From: Nymphaea colorata
Lineage: Eukaryota
Direction of reading: 5' to 3'
Assembly: GCF_008831285.2 (NCBI RefSeq)
Contig: NC_045138.2
Coordinates: 22,320,001 to 22,384,000, forward strand
Length of the DNA: 64,000 bases
Below are positions 13,915-25,909 of the stretch, one piece after another (position 1 is the first letter of the stretch; every line of letters starts with the position of its first letter). A program made the position numbers and the translations under genes. A model generated the notes under the pieces. That model did not search any database. It worked only from the letters and a program-made list of their open reading frames with translations, and was not told the DNA's origin.

Positions 13915-15083
13915 AAAAGCAACCATGGGCGAGGTTGTGGGCCTTTCAATAGTAGTTAACGTCCAAACTACAACGAGTCAACGACCGATTCAACTCTAGT
14001 GGTAACATTCAAAGTGGAAATTCTTCTAAGTAGCATCAAAATCAAGCAGTTGATGGTTTCAACAAGGGCCCCTTGTTCGTTAATTTTGTGTCGCGTTAAC
14101 CACACAGCTTGTCAATGTATACCTAACGCTTTCGCCACCTGATCTCTGGTTACAATATCATATTATTTTGCCTAGTACTTGGACACAGGCGCATCCCGCC
14201 ACATGATTGCCGATTGATGATTCAAACCTAAAGGCCAAGATGAATATTCTGGTACTTCGAACAAAGTTACGGTTGGCAATAGTGTTGCTTTGACCATCTT
14301 TGGGACAAGTAATGTTTAAACGAGAATCCCAAGTTTAAATCAAAGATGTTCTTTATGTACTGAGCATACATAAAACTCTTATTTCCAAAGCCACACGGAA
14401 GGTAGATTCAAAATTAGGGTGGCTGGACTAGTTAAGAGTGAATCTGGGAATTTCCTGTATGCTGAAGCGCGACGGGATGCCTCTTTCAGATCTGAAGGTA
14501 CTCTGTACTCAGGCCTGATGAGGCGCCATTGTAGAAAGGGCTAACAATGGAGAGTGGAAAAGACAACTGCTGCAGGTAGGCTGCGGCCTGGTTTGGAGAT
14601 CAGACCTGCAAGCAGATCAAGCGAACCCGTTGAGTAGAGTTAAGATTACCCAGCGCCTGAAGCCGTTCACGTTTTGATGAGTGTTCCAGATGTCCAAACT
14701 TTAGTTGGAGACCACTTAGTGAAACTGTATCCATGAGATAGGTTCCTTTGAACCCCATTTTTTGTTACATACAATCCCAAGGGCCTAACCCCCACGCAGA
14801 CGTTGTCCGGAAAAATATTACTAAATTAATCAACACTTGCATGAGTACGTTCTAACAATTATAGTGAAATCTAGAGAAGCCAATATCAAAATTAGATGAT
14901 TCTGCATCCACACACACACCAAAAAAAGAAGAAGGAAAAAACAACAGAAAACAGAAAGATTTAACTACTGTTAACAGTGCTGAAATTCATAGGACGCCAA
15001 TTACGTGAAACTGCCACTTTTCAAACACATGGTTAGGAATCAAGTTACAGCATGAGAGCTCAGATCTAACAGCAATACAACAA

Positions 15084-17094
15084 CTAGTTGAAAGAAGTTG
15101 AGAGAGATGATGACTTCTCAAACGGGGAATATGGTAGTATTAGGTGATCATCGTTCAGATCACACTCAAGGGCGCCCATTTTATTAGCAACATACTCATC
15201 AATGGATGCATCTCCATTCAGGTATTGAACCACCTGCATCATGCTTGGCCTTGCTTCTGGTTCTCTTCTAGAGCAAAGCACACCAAGCTTGAGTACCAAC
15301 TCTGCCTCTTCCATCACATACCTCAAGTCAAGCCTTGGATCCATAGCACGCAATATCATTCCATTCTTCCAGCAAGCATCTACCCAATCCATTAGTACAA
15401 CATCTCCTGCTGATCTCGCAAAATCAATAGGCCGCCTCCCGCAGGCTACTTCAAGAAGCAATACACCAAAGGAGAAGACGTCGGAGCTTGTGGTAGCCTT
15501 ACCAGTCCATGAAAACTCAGGTGCTATGTACCCTAGTGTGCCAGCAAGATGAGTGGTGTGGGTGTTGGTCTCATCCTCATAGAGTCTTGCAAGCCCAAAG
15601 TCCCCGACCTTGCTGTTCATTTCAGCGTCCAACAAGACATTGCTTGCTTTTATGTCTCTGTGTACAATCACCTGATCGCACCCTTCATGCAAATAGAGCA
15701 AACCAGAAGCAATGCCCTTGAGAATCTTGAATCTCTCTTCCCAACTGAGAACTCTCTTCTGATCATGGAAAAGGAAGGTATCTAGGCTGCCATTTACCAC
15801 GAAATCATACACGAACAGCAGGTCTGCTCCGTGCCTGCACCACCCTTGCAACTGAACCAAGTTCTTATGCCTCAACCTCCCCAAGCTTGACACCTCTGCC
15901 ACAAACTCCCTTATTCCCTGTTTTGAACCATTGGACGCCCTCTTGACTGCTACTTCCACTCTGGTGCTCGGCAGAACTCCCTTATATACGCTACCAAAGC
16001 CGCCTCTTCCTAGCAGCTCCTTATCCTGGAAGCCATTGGTTGCTTTGTACAGCTCCTTATAGGAAAATCTATGAGGGTACTTCAATTCCCATTCTTCTAC
16101 TCTCTCTGGAGTAAGCTTCCAATTCTTATACAGCGCGTAACTGCCGATGCATATAACAGTGAGAAGAAAGAGTGCTAATGTCGAAGAGTATGGCAAGAGA
16201 CGAGATGCCATCTTTTTTCGTGCATGATCAGTCAATGAGGGGAGTCGTGAGAGATCCAGAGGTGGAGCTTCTCTGTTGATTGCGAAACTCCACGCTAAGA
16301 TATAGTGTTCGCTTTGAAGCGTGATTGTGCTCGAAGAGAATCCAACATACATAGATTCTTTAAGAACTGGGAACAGATCGACATTATACGTTATTAAGGA
16401 TCGGTTAGGCTTCAGAGGATGTGTTAAGGGAGCGATGGTGATGCTGACCGATCTTTTGCTGCCATCATAATCTATCCAGCTCTGAATAGGGTCGCCACTT
16501 TGCAATTCGATCCGCCTTTTGATGTTTCATTGATGTAGTAAGCTGCAGTTTCAAAGACATTGGAGACTATGCTATTGATGTCAACACCAACATGATTGTT
16601 ATCAATGTCCTGCTCCCCACGTCCACGAGAAGTATCGAATTCCACCGCAAAGATATGTTTTGGGATTTCCCATCGTTATCCTTGTTGAAGAGGCCTAGAT
16701 TGTTTCCGGCGGCAGCATTTGGTAGTTCAGGAGATGGAGAAATTGTGAAAGCAAGACCACAACAACCACATTGTGAGCAGTTCGAAACAATTTGGAAAAC
16801 GAATTGTGTACTGAAGGAAAAGACTTTTCCCGAAGAAGATGGGTTGATGAATTGAAAAGTATGAGGATAGAAAGCATGAACCTTGTAACCCTTTGTGGAT
16901 TCTGATTTGTTGGTCAGTGGCAGAGCTCCTTCGGCGTTGATCACTGAAGAATCGGTTAAATGAAGGTTGCATTCACGAAAGCCATCGCAGATGAAGGAGT
17001 TTCTATCCGAAGTTGCAAGCACGGAGACGGAGAGAACAGCGTGCAGAATAAGCAGATTGGTGCTGAAGAACCGAGTTCCAATCGAGCCTGCCAT
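15084..17094 (-). pseudogene. L-type (legume) lectin receptor-like kinase with two frameshifts (pseudogene or assembly error)
   Basis: Signal peptide, then legume-lectin motifs (FSTQFVF, GLAF, LGLFN, HIFAVEFDT, DNNHVGVDINS, MYVGFSSST, HYILAWSF), a TM helix and an intact kinase (GRGGFG, VAVK, HRDIKASNVLLD, DFGLAR, GTLGYIAPE). Intronless. 1-bp deletions near 16657 and 16518. Confidence 0.9.
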
Positions 17095-18579
17095 CAAAGA
17101 AAAGCCTCACAAGAACTTGAATCTTGTAAGCTTGTTTCACATGAGCTACAGCTGCTTCCTTTGATCTCAAAAGCAGGAGAGCACTAAATCGTAAAGCAAA
17201 ATATATAGTTGAAGCCATTGTCGGCAACTGTCAATAATAAGTGATGCAACCAGCAATTAAAACAAAACATGATTAAAATATGTGAATATCAAAATTTCAC
17301 ATTTTTTTTCATATTTAAGCTTTGTTATTTAACTTAATTTTAACAGTCGGAAAGTTAATCTTTCAAGAAATAAAAGGTTGTTTTTTTATTATCTTATAAA
17401 ACCATTACAAAAATTCGATGGTAACTCGAACATTTATCCCTACAACTATAACAATCAGGTTTCTTGTTGATTTGTTCTTCAATACTTTGCTTTGCCGCGG
17501 TAGAAACAAAGCCTTCAATGGATGGATCCACAGCAAGCCCATGCGCGACTTGGTCAACACGATCAATAACTGCGTTTCGATCGAATTGGTTGCCTGCAAA
17601 TGGTGGGCCCAGTCGTCTTCGACAACGCTATAACTACGTCCACAGATGGGTTGTCTACTGAATCATACGTTAAAACCACATTAACTCCTTTCACCTGTGG
17701 GGGGGTTGGGATCTAAAACCTGGTATCTTACGGGATGGGCGACTGCGGGAGCTTCAGCTTTGTCGAACTGTTACCGATGAAATACTTATTCTGCTTGCCC
17801 AAAAAAATAATCAGCTGGTAATTTTTACCTGTAAGTGCTCATATATATCTGTAAAAATAATGAGATGAACTGATCAGAATTTTACATTACCTTTCTTATA
17901 CTTTTAAAATCTTAATTAGTTTAAAGTAATTTTTATCTTTAAAATAAGTATGGAAACAAATGCTAAATAGGAATCGGGTGGTAGGGGCCAGCCATGGCCC
18001 CCCTTAAGTTTTGAGAAAATAAAATTTTGTATCATTTGACTCGTGTAAGATCTTGAAAAATGCATTTTAGCCCTAATTTTTTTTTTTTGGAGAAGTATAA
18101 GTTGCACACGTCAAGCAAAATTTCTAGATAAGACTGCCCTTTATACTGAACGGGGTATTCTGGTCATTGAGCCCTCAAACGCCCTTTATACTAACTAGCT
18201 TATCTAGCCAATCTTCGCCCTAGCTAGCTAGAACCTGACCTACTTTGCATATATTGCGTGCACCTGCCCCTTTGGTTGCATATCCTTCACCTTCGAAAAA
18301 AATAATTTACCATTGCATTGCAAATGATCGAGGTTCAGGAACCCGAGGGGGGAGTGAGAATGGTTAAGCTATTTACCTTCAAGTCTTGGTGAGTCATTTA
18401 TATGTATATTTTACACATGGATCCAATTTGTTACATAAATGCATGGCGATGTTGCCGTGCATAGATAGGACAGCTCAACTACATTTGGTCCAGCCACGAT
18501 TAATGGTAGACCGTAGACGTTAATTTTCTTGCTCGAAATTTCCTTGTCTTCACCAGACTTGACAATGAACTCTAGCTAC

Positions 18580-18585
<6 letters not shown>

Positions 18586-18622
<37 letters not shown>
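18586..18622. repeat. (GA)n microsatellite
   Basis: Seen directly. Confidence 0.95.
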
Positions 18623-18625
<3 letters not shown>

Positions 18626-19008
18626 TGACAACCCTGTCCCAAAACCACTAAATAACACCACGTAGGTCGACTCTTAGTGTTATCAGTGCTATTAGGAGAG
18701 TAGCAGCAATGTGAATCCAATAAGAGATGTACCCAATATGCGCTTCGTGCTCGACCCGCTAAGCTATATCCTTTTTGAGAGAGAGAGAGTGTGTAAAGAG
18801 CTGTGCCAATGGTTATAATAAAATTAATGAGGTAAGCAGGATATCAAAGCAAAAGAAAAAAGGGCAAAACAGAGATAAATGAAGGCCTTAATCATTTGGA
18901 GGTCACGTTGACTTTTATATTTGCTCATAGAAAAGAATCTCTCACATAAAAAATGGATAATAAATTCTGTTATGATTGAATGTTCAGTGATTGGCTGGTT
19001 CTTTCAGA

Positions 19009-19295
19009 TAGGGCTGCACAACGAGGTGAGCCAGCTCCAACTTACTCGAACTCTTTCGTCAAAACTCTGATCTCGCGTCTAAATGTATGTTTGAAATGTT
19101 AAACGAGTCGAGTTTGAATTGTCAGAACTAGACTTGTTTAAACTTAACTCGGTTCAACTACACAATAAATGTTGAACTATAATGAAAAAGATAGATAAAC
19201 AAGTAGCAACTAAATGATTTAAACAAGTTAAAAAAAGAAAAAACAAGTCATGCTTAACATAAAAGAGTTGAGCGAGTTGAGTTTAAGCTCGACAC
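19009..19295. mobile_element. hAT-like element fragment resembling 1894-2377
   Basis: Starts TAGGGCTG and carries the same ctcga/gagtt subterminal motifs. No matching right end found. Confidence 0.4.
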
Positions 19296-19718
19296 ACTAC
19301 AGGAAACAAGAGATTTAATGGAAATGTATTATGTATAGTCATTGATTAATCAGATGTTTTAGCAAAAATGGCAGTAAATTTTGCAACAAAAATATAGTAA
19401 GATGAGTATGAAAATGTGAATCTTTTGATGTAATCCGCAGAAAGGAAATCACTTTATGCTTTCATGCTTGTGGAATTAAGAATATAGGCATTTGCATCAG
19501 GTAAGGTGCTCGTTGTTGTTTTTGTGGTGAAAATAGTTGAAAACTTAGAAATGGCTTGTCATGGAAAAGATCCTGATAGGTATGTAAGTCGACCATGAAA
19601 ATACAACACTTGGAAATGAATTGTTTATCATAGGAACCAACATTCTAGACTTTTGTCACCTATAAGTACAATGGAGTTTTATTTGGTCATAATTGTGTAT
19701 TTCTGGTTATGGCAGGTT

Positions 19719-19749
<31 letters not shown>

Positions 19750-19752
<3 letters not shown>

Positions 19753-22700
19753 CCTCTATCTCAATCCTTTAGGTGCTCTCTCTCTCTCTCTCTCTCTTTG
19801 TCCACCACTCCTCTCCCTGTCCACCGCTCTCGCTCGCAGCAGGTCTTCGTCTACGCAACACACAACCATCTCAGTGGCTTCTCTTCCTCAGCATCCACTC
19901 TCCTGAGTGATCTTCCCATGTGTGATATTGAGGGGCGAGAGCAGTCTCTCTGTCTCTCGATCTTCCCGTCCACTCTCCAGAAACTTTTCGCTCTCTCTGT
20001 CTCTCGGTCTTTCGTCCACACGCGGAGTGAGGTTGGGCAAGCGGGAAGGCGGAGCAGAGCCACCAGAAAAGGGAGACAGACGAGGCCGCCCCTGTCTCGT
20101 CGCCACCATGCTCGCCCTCAGCAGGGTCATTCGGGCGCTTCCCGCCTGTTCAGCGCTCTGAGCAGCACTCGACCAGCATCCTCCCGCACACCCGACTGGC
20201 ATCCTCCCGCACCCCCCTTGGCACCCTGAGCAGCTCCTCTCCCCGAGCAAGACCGGCGCCCTCCCGCACCCCCTTGCCACCCAGCGCTGCTCCTCTCCAC
20301 GCGCAATGCAGCTCCCCTTTCCCTCTTTGTCGCTTGGGGCGTGCTGGAGCTGTGGGTCGTCTCTCCCTATGCCTAGAGTGAGCTGCGCAGTACCTGTTTG
20401 TTGGATCGCCTGTGAGAAACAGGCCCTTTTTCGGTGCGTAGCCCGTTTTACTCTTGCATGTGGGTGGTGTCATGGCAGCCCTTCCTCCTCCCCCACCTTT
20501 GCGACTGCCCCCGGGGGCTTGGGGTGGGGGTCCTAGTCATTGTGGTATCAGGCTGGGTAACCCCATCCCTCTTAATCGCTTGCTTTGTCGTGCGGCGATC
20601 AGTTTTCTTTGCTCACCTGAGGGGGTCCGTCAAGCTAGGGCATTGTCTTTCAGTTGGCAGTCTACTATCTTCAATTGTGTTTTCGCCGGCTCACTTCAGC
20701 TGAGAGACGATCGCAGACTCCTCTAGGCTTTCCTCCTGCCCGCGCATTGTTGTTTTCTTCTTTTGCAGAAGGGTGATTGTTCCTTGCGGCCGCGGCTCCC
20801 CAAGGTGGTCTCCGTTGGTAGGCCAGCCCCCTCACCTTGGTGTGTCTCCTCTTCTCGGCATGTTTCCAGGCTTCGTCACCTTCTTCAGTCTCTCGCTTCT
20901 ATATGCATCAGATGGGGCCAGTGGTGGTGTCAGAGGTGTGCTTCCTTGAACGGCCGCCGGGCCGTCAGGTGTTCCCGATGTCGTTTTCCTGCTTGTCAGA
21001 ATGATCGTCGCCTTTTTGCTCGACGACATGGTTTTGCAGCGGTCACTTCTTCCTTCTGGGTCCAGGTTCCTCTGCCAATTGTTCAACGGTCACCCTCTTC
21101 GGATGAGAGCTATATGTTCTTTGGTTCTATCAGACTTCCTTGGCCTGGGCCCGCTTGTCCAGGTACGCGGGGTCCGCCTTTTTCGGTACAGGTTCCATAG
21201 ATCTACAGTGCAAGTGATCCGCCGCAACAGTGCTCTTTGGTGGTAGAGCTACCGCCTTCACAGCTTCCGCGCTTGCTTCCCTCACCGTGGGCGCCAGCCT
21301 CTCCTCAACGTAGGAGTCTAGCCTGCTCTCCGCCGTGCTCCCATGAGGTACCCTGCTTGCCCTTTCCTTTTCCTGCTTTGCGAGCTGGGGCTTCACGCAA
21401 GTCCACCTCGGGATGCATCGTCACTTTCGACTGCCCGCCCATCGGCAGGGGGTCGCCCCCGTGAGGTTGCTGTTGTTGCTCGCTCTTGTTCGACTGCGGC
21501 CTGCGTTGTCTTGGCCTTTGGCGTCTCGGCACCCCCAGTCAGCCTTTCTCCCCCTGTTGCCTGTACGTTGCTCTTTACATTGGTCTGGCCCCCCTATGCC
21601 CCCCTTACACCCAGGATCTCCTCCTTCGCCTATCTGCTTTGGGTTTCTTCTGTTTCTTTTGACAGTAGCTTTAGCTCCGGCTTGACTTCCCTGCATATTC
21701 TGCTCCCTAGACTCAGTCGCGGCTCTCCTCAAAACCCTGCCTACTTGCACCTCCCACCTGTTAGCCCTGCCCTCCCCGCATCCCTTGTGTTGGCTTTTTT
21801 TCCCCCGCCCTGCGGTCTGAGTTTGCATCCACCTCTGCCCCTCGTCCTCCCCTGTTCAGTTGCCTGGTCCCACCACTATACCAGTGGTTTGTCACTCCTT
21901 GCCCGATAGGTTGCCCCCTTGTTGGATGCTGAGTTAGGCATCTCCTTCCCGGATGCGTTTGACGCTCTTAAGGTCTCTCTTTCGTCGGAGCAACTTGATT
22001 TGTTGCATTCCTCTTTTGTTGCCGCTGTGGCACCGGTCTCCCATTCCAGCCTGGCCAGGTTGCGGCGGGAATTGCATAGGATTGGGGCTTCCGCAGCCTC
22101 CATCTTCCCTCCTGGTGCCGCCAGGGCGGCCAGGCGTGCGTCGCTTCACATGGTTTCCCCATGAGGGTTGCATGTTGGAATGTACGGGGCCTTAGTGCCC
22201 GTTATCAGCGTAGATATCTCTCTTCTTGGATCCGTCAGCACGGACCTTCGGTGCTAATCGTGGTTGAGACCAAGTTGTCTGTCATCTCTCACGCTTGTGT
22301 TCGTACTTTGTTGCGTCAGCCGTCCTTTGGGTTCCTTCCAGCTTGTAGAGCTGTTGGCTACGTCCTGCTGGCTTGGTCTCCACCCCTTACGGGGGCTGTT
22401 GTGCATGTCGGTAGGTACTCTATCTCTGCTTCTCTTAGCGGACTCTGGCCAAATGGGCCGGTCTTGGTTACTGCGGTCTATGGCCCTTGCGTTGGGGCTT
22501 TGCGTAGACAGCTGTGGGCTGAGCTGCATCAGGTTCGCCAGCTTGCAGCTTCACCTCCTTGGCTGCTGGTAGGAGACTTCAACTGTTTGCTTAGCCCTGC
22601 TGACTCATCCTCCCCTATCACTTCTGGCCCGTCTATGTCTGTTTTTGACGTGCCTTCGACTAATGGTACGTTTATTTGGTCCAACAATAGGAACCCTTCG

Positions 22701-25616
22701 ATCCTCCATAGATTGGACCGTATGTTCCTCTCGCCTGAGTTGTTCTCTGCTTTTCCTTCATCCTCCTTGGTTCTTGGTCCGAGGCACTTATCTGATCATG
22801 CTCCGCTGCTCCTTTCCCTTCTTCGGGGTAGGGTTGGTATTGGGCATACCAAATTCCGTTTTGAGCTTTGGTGGCTCCGAGACGAATCCTTTGTGGCTAC
22901 CGTCCCTAATTGGTGGGCTCGTGTAGTCGATGGTAGGTGAGCTGTTTTCAGGCTCTCGTGAAAATTGCACTTCATCAGGAGGGAGGCCGTCGCCTGGAAG
23001 CACATTTTCTGGAGCGGCAAATTTTCGGAGGTGGCCGTTTGGGATGAGGAGATCCTGTCCCTTCAGGCCTCTGACAATATTTCTGCGGATCAGTCTTCTC
23101 GTCTCCTTTGTCTGCATTGTCTTGCCCAGGAGTGGTGGATTAGGGAGTATATCCACTGGCAGCAGCGCTTTAGGCTGGGTTGGCTTGCGCATGGGGACCA
23201 GAACTCTAGATTCTTCCACTTGGCCGCCTCTCAAAGGCGCCGTCAGACGTTGCTCCGGTCCATGAATATCGGGGGCAGGGTTTTTCTTGGCGATGACATC
23301 CTCCCGACTTTGAGCACTCATTTCTGGGATTTCTACTCCAAACCTCTTCGTTTTCATGCCACGCTGCCGGATTTTCACCTCTCTCCTCTTTCTGTCTCTT
23401 GTGCGATCTCTCTTGAGCGGTCCTTCCTGCATTAAGAGATCAGGAATGCAGTCTGGGCCTTGGCTCTGGTAGGGTGCCCGACATTGATGGTTTTCCTGTC
23501 GAATTTTTTTGTACGTTTTGGGAGGTTTGTAGCACGGATGTGTTTGCGTTTTGTGATGAATTTGCCTCCAATTCCGTTTTCCTGAAGGAATTCAATCAAG
23601 CTACCTGTGTCTTGGTGCCTAAGCGCCCTAACCCTACGAACGTCACCCACTTTCACCCTATCTCCATCCTAGGCACACCTTACAAGATTATTGCTAAGTT
23701 GCTCTCTTTGCGGCTTGTGCCTGTCATGCCTTCTATCATTAATCCCTTCCAGGTTGCTTTCGTCAAGGGTCGGCGTCTGTAGGACGCGGTTGTCCTAGCC
23801 AATGAGGTTGTTCACTCCCTTCACTGTCTACGGCTTCTTTCATTCATCCTTAAGTTGGACATCTCTAAGGCCCTTGACTCGGTTAGTTGGGAGTTCCTTT
23901 CTGACCTCCTCACTCATCTTGCTTTTGGTCCATCGTTTAAACAGTGGATCATGTCGCTTGTCACTGGGGCCCAGCTTGCGGTCTCCTTCAATGGGAAGTG
24001 TGGCGATTTCTTCTGTCTCGAGCATGGCCTCCGTCAAGGTTGCCCGTTATCACCCTTGCTTTTCAACTTGGTTGCTGAGTGCTTTTCTGCGCTTTTCCAT
24101 CACGCAACGGTCGTTGGCTTCCTCACACCTCATTCGCTCTCCTACTTACAGACTTTCTCCACCCTTCAGTATGCTGACGATTTACTCATGTTCGGCAGTG
24201 CTTCCCGCCAACAAATTGTGAGAACATGACTCATCTTTCAGGTTTTTGAGCTCATCTCGGGTCTTTCTATCAATTCCGTAAAATGTCACCTTTCCCTCAT
24301 TCACGCGGATCCGGCCACGGTACTTCTCGCGGAAGCTTGCTTTGGGTGTAAGGCTACTAGCCTGTCCATGGACTACTTGGGGCTTCAGATTACGTTGTCG
24401 CCTCCTGCACCTTTCTTTTGGAATGGAGTGGAGCAGAAGCTTACTGATCGCCTTCAGTGTTGGCAGGGAAAGCTGCTTTCTCTCGCAGGTCGTATTACTC
24501 TAGCTAAGCACTGCCTTGCGTTGGTCCCTCTTCATGCTTTGGCTGTCTTTCGGCCTCCTGTGGCTGTTTTGCGTAGGTTTGATAAGCTTATTCGTAAGTT
24601 TATTTGGAATGGTGATCGACCTTCAGATCGCCTTGCGCATTGGGATGTGGTTGTCTTTCCGTGCCTTCTTGGGGGTGCTGGGGTTACCAACCTTAGTTGA
24701 GCTTGCGAGTCTTCTCTGTGTTCTTGGTGGTGGCGGTTAGCAACTGAACATTCTCCTATCACCCAATTCATTAGTTCCAAATTCGACATGTCTTCCCCTA
24801 GCGTTTGGAATAGTTCTATCTCTCACACCTCCCCCTCTCACTTTTGGTGCTACATATTTTTTGTCCTTCCTCTTTTTCTCCGCCTTGCTGACCTCTCATC
24901 GTCCATGTCCCCATCCTGGCCTCTTTCACCTACCCGTGAGTTCACCTTTTCTTCTTGCTACCTGGCCTCCTTTGGTCATCCTGTCGCGTCGTTCCCACCC
25001 CGGTCCCTTTAGTCTCCTGGCCCATCTCCACGTGCCACTGCTTTTGTGTGACTTCTTCTTACTGGCCATATCAACACTTTTGATCACCTGCAACGCCTTG
25101 GCACCAGTTTGGTTAACCAGTGTCTCCTATGTCTTGTCGCGACTGAGTCTTGGGTCCACCTTTTTATTTCCTGCCTTTTTTTCTCTAGTGTCCTTGCTTC
25201 TGCCTGGCCTTCCCTTGTTAGTAGTCTTCCATTGGTCTTCTTTTTCTCTTTTGTCCTTCCTCCCACCTGACTGCTTTCTGGGGTCATGTCTGGAGGCCAT
25301 TGCTCATTTCAGCTTGGTGGCTCATTTGAGAGGAGCGCAACAATAGAGTCTTCATGGAAACTTTTTCTTCGCCAGATTTTGTGGCTCGTCTTGTGCAAGG
25401 GGATGCTCAGTTTGCCATTCGGTTGAAACGCCGCTGTCCGTTTACGGCTGGGTGACTGTGCCGCTCCGTCTTTCCTCTCTCTCTTATTTTTCTGTGCATT
25501 GTATTGTATATTTCTTCTTTTTGCTTCTGTTTTTGCGGTTTATTTTTTTGCGGATTGTTTTTATACCTAGGGGACCTCTTGTCCCCAAATTTTGTTATAT
25601 ATTCCTATTTTATGGG
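19750..25616 (+). mobile_element. Near full-length L1-clade LINE (LINE-1), inactivated
   Basis: ORF1-like region ends at 22164. ORF2 from 22161 has the APE endonuclease (WNVRGL, ETK, VYGP, GDFN, LDR, SDH), RT (LRQGCPLSP, QYADD) and a C-terminal Cys/His motif. Several in-frame stops and frameshifts. Flanked by (TC)n at both ends. Confidence 0.93.
22161..25450 (+). pseudogene. LINE-1 ORF2 (endonuclease + reverse transcriptase), disrupted
   Basis: Consecutive ORF fragments 22161-22940, 22965-23435, 23474-23782, 23855-24229 and 24368-24700 join into one L1 ORF2. Confidence 0.92.
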
Positions 25617-25833
25617 CTCTCTCTCTCTATCTCTCTCTCTGCCTCCCCCACCCCCTGCCCCTTTATAGATCTAAAAGTTAGAATCTTAGAAACGACACAT
25701 TTTTTATATCTTTTTTCTTAGTCTGATCACATTTGATCCTTTTGAGGGTTTTTCTACTGACAATTCTCATAGTAATGCAATATTCATTATTTTCAAATAG
25801 GATGCTGAAGTTCTATTTGATTTGGTTTCAAAG

Positions 25834-25909
25834 GTGGTGTTGCAAGACTACAAAGGGCACCTTGGATGATCTTGAAAGAGCAGTGGGTAATGGTGTGGAT
25901 ACACATAAG
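25834..25909 (+). pseudogene. Isolated exon-like fragment resembling T-complex protein 1 subunit theta (CCT8)
   Basis: Translates as VVLQ-(frameshift)-TTKGTLDDLERAVGNGVDTHK followed by GT. As recalled, plant CCT8 has VVLRGSTDSILDDLERAVDDGVNTYK. Confidence 0.6.

Larger units (their letters stand above)
7710..14290 (+). mobile_element. 3'-truncated Ty1/Copia element (Copia-1), interrupted by Copia-2
   Basis: LTR-like TGTTAA...TGACA (7710-8029) and PBS TGGTATTAGAGCC (8030-8042). gag (KLDQTNYRFWQSKIE...) runs ~8150-8764. It resumes at 13915 with a Zn-knuckle-like segment and the protease motif YLDTGASRHM (~14175-14205), then truncates. Confidence 0.8.

Noticed and set aside
15144..15785. Several plus-strand ORFs of 70-103 aa
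   Set aside because: Antisense shadows of the LecRK kinase domain.
19693..22195. Dense cluster of overlapping ORFs on both strands
   Set aside because: By-product of GC-rich, A-poor LINE 5'/ORF1 sequence; not independent genes.
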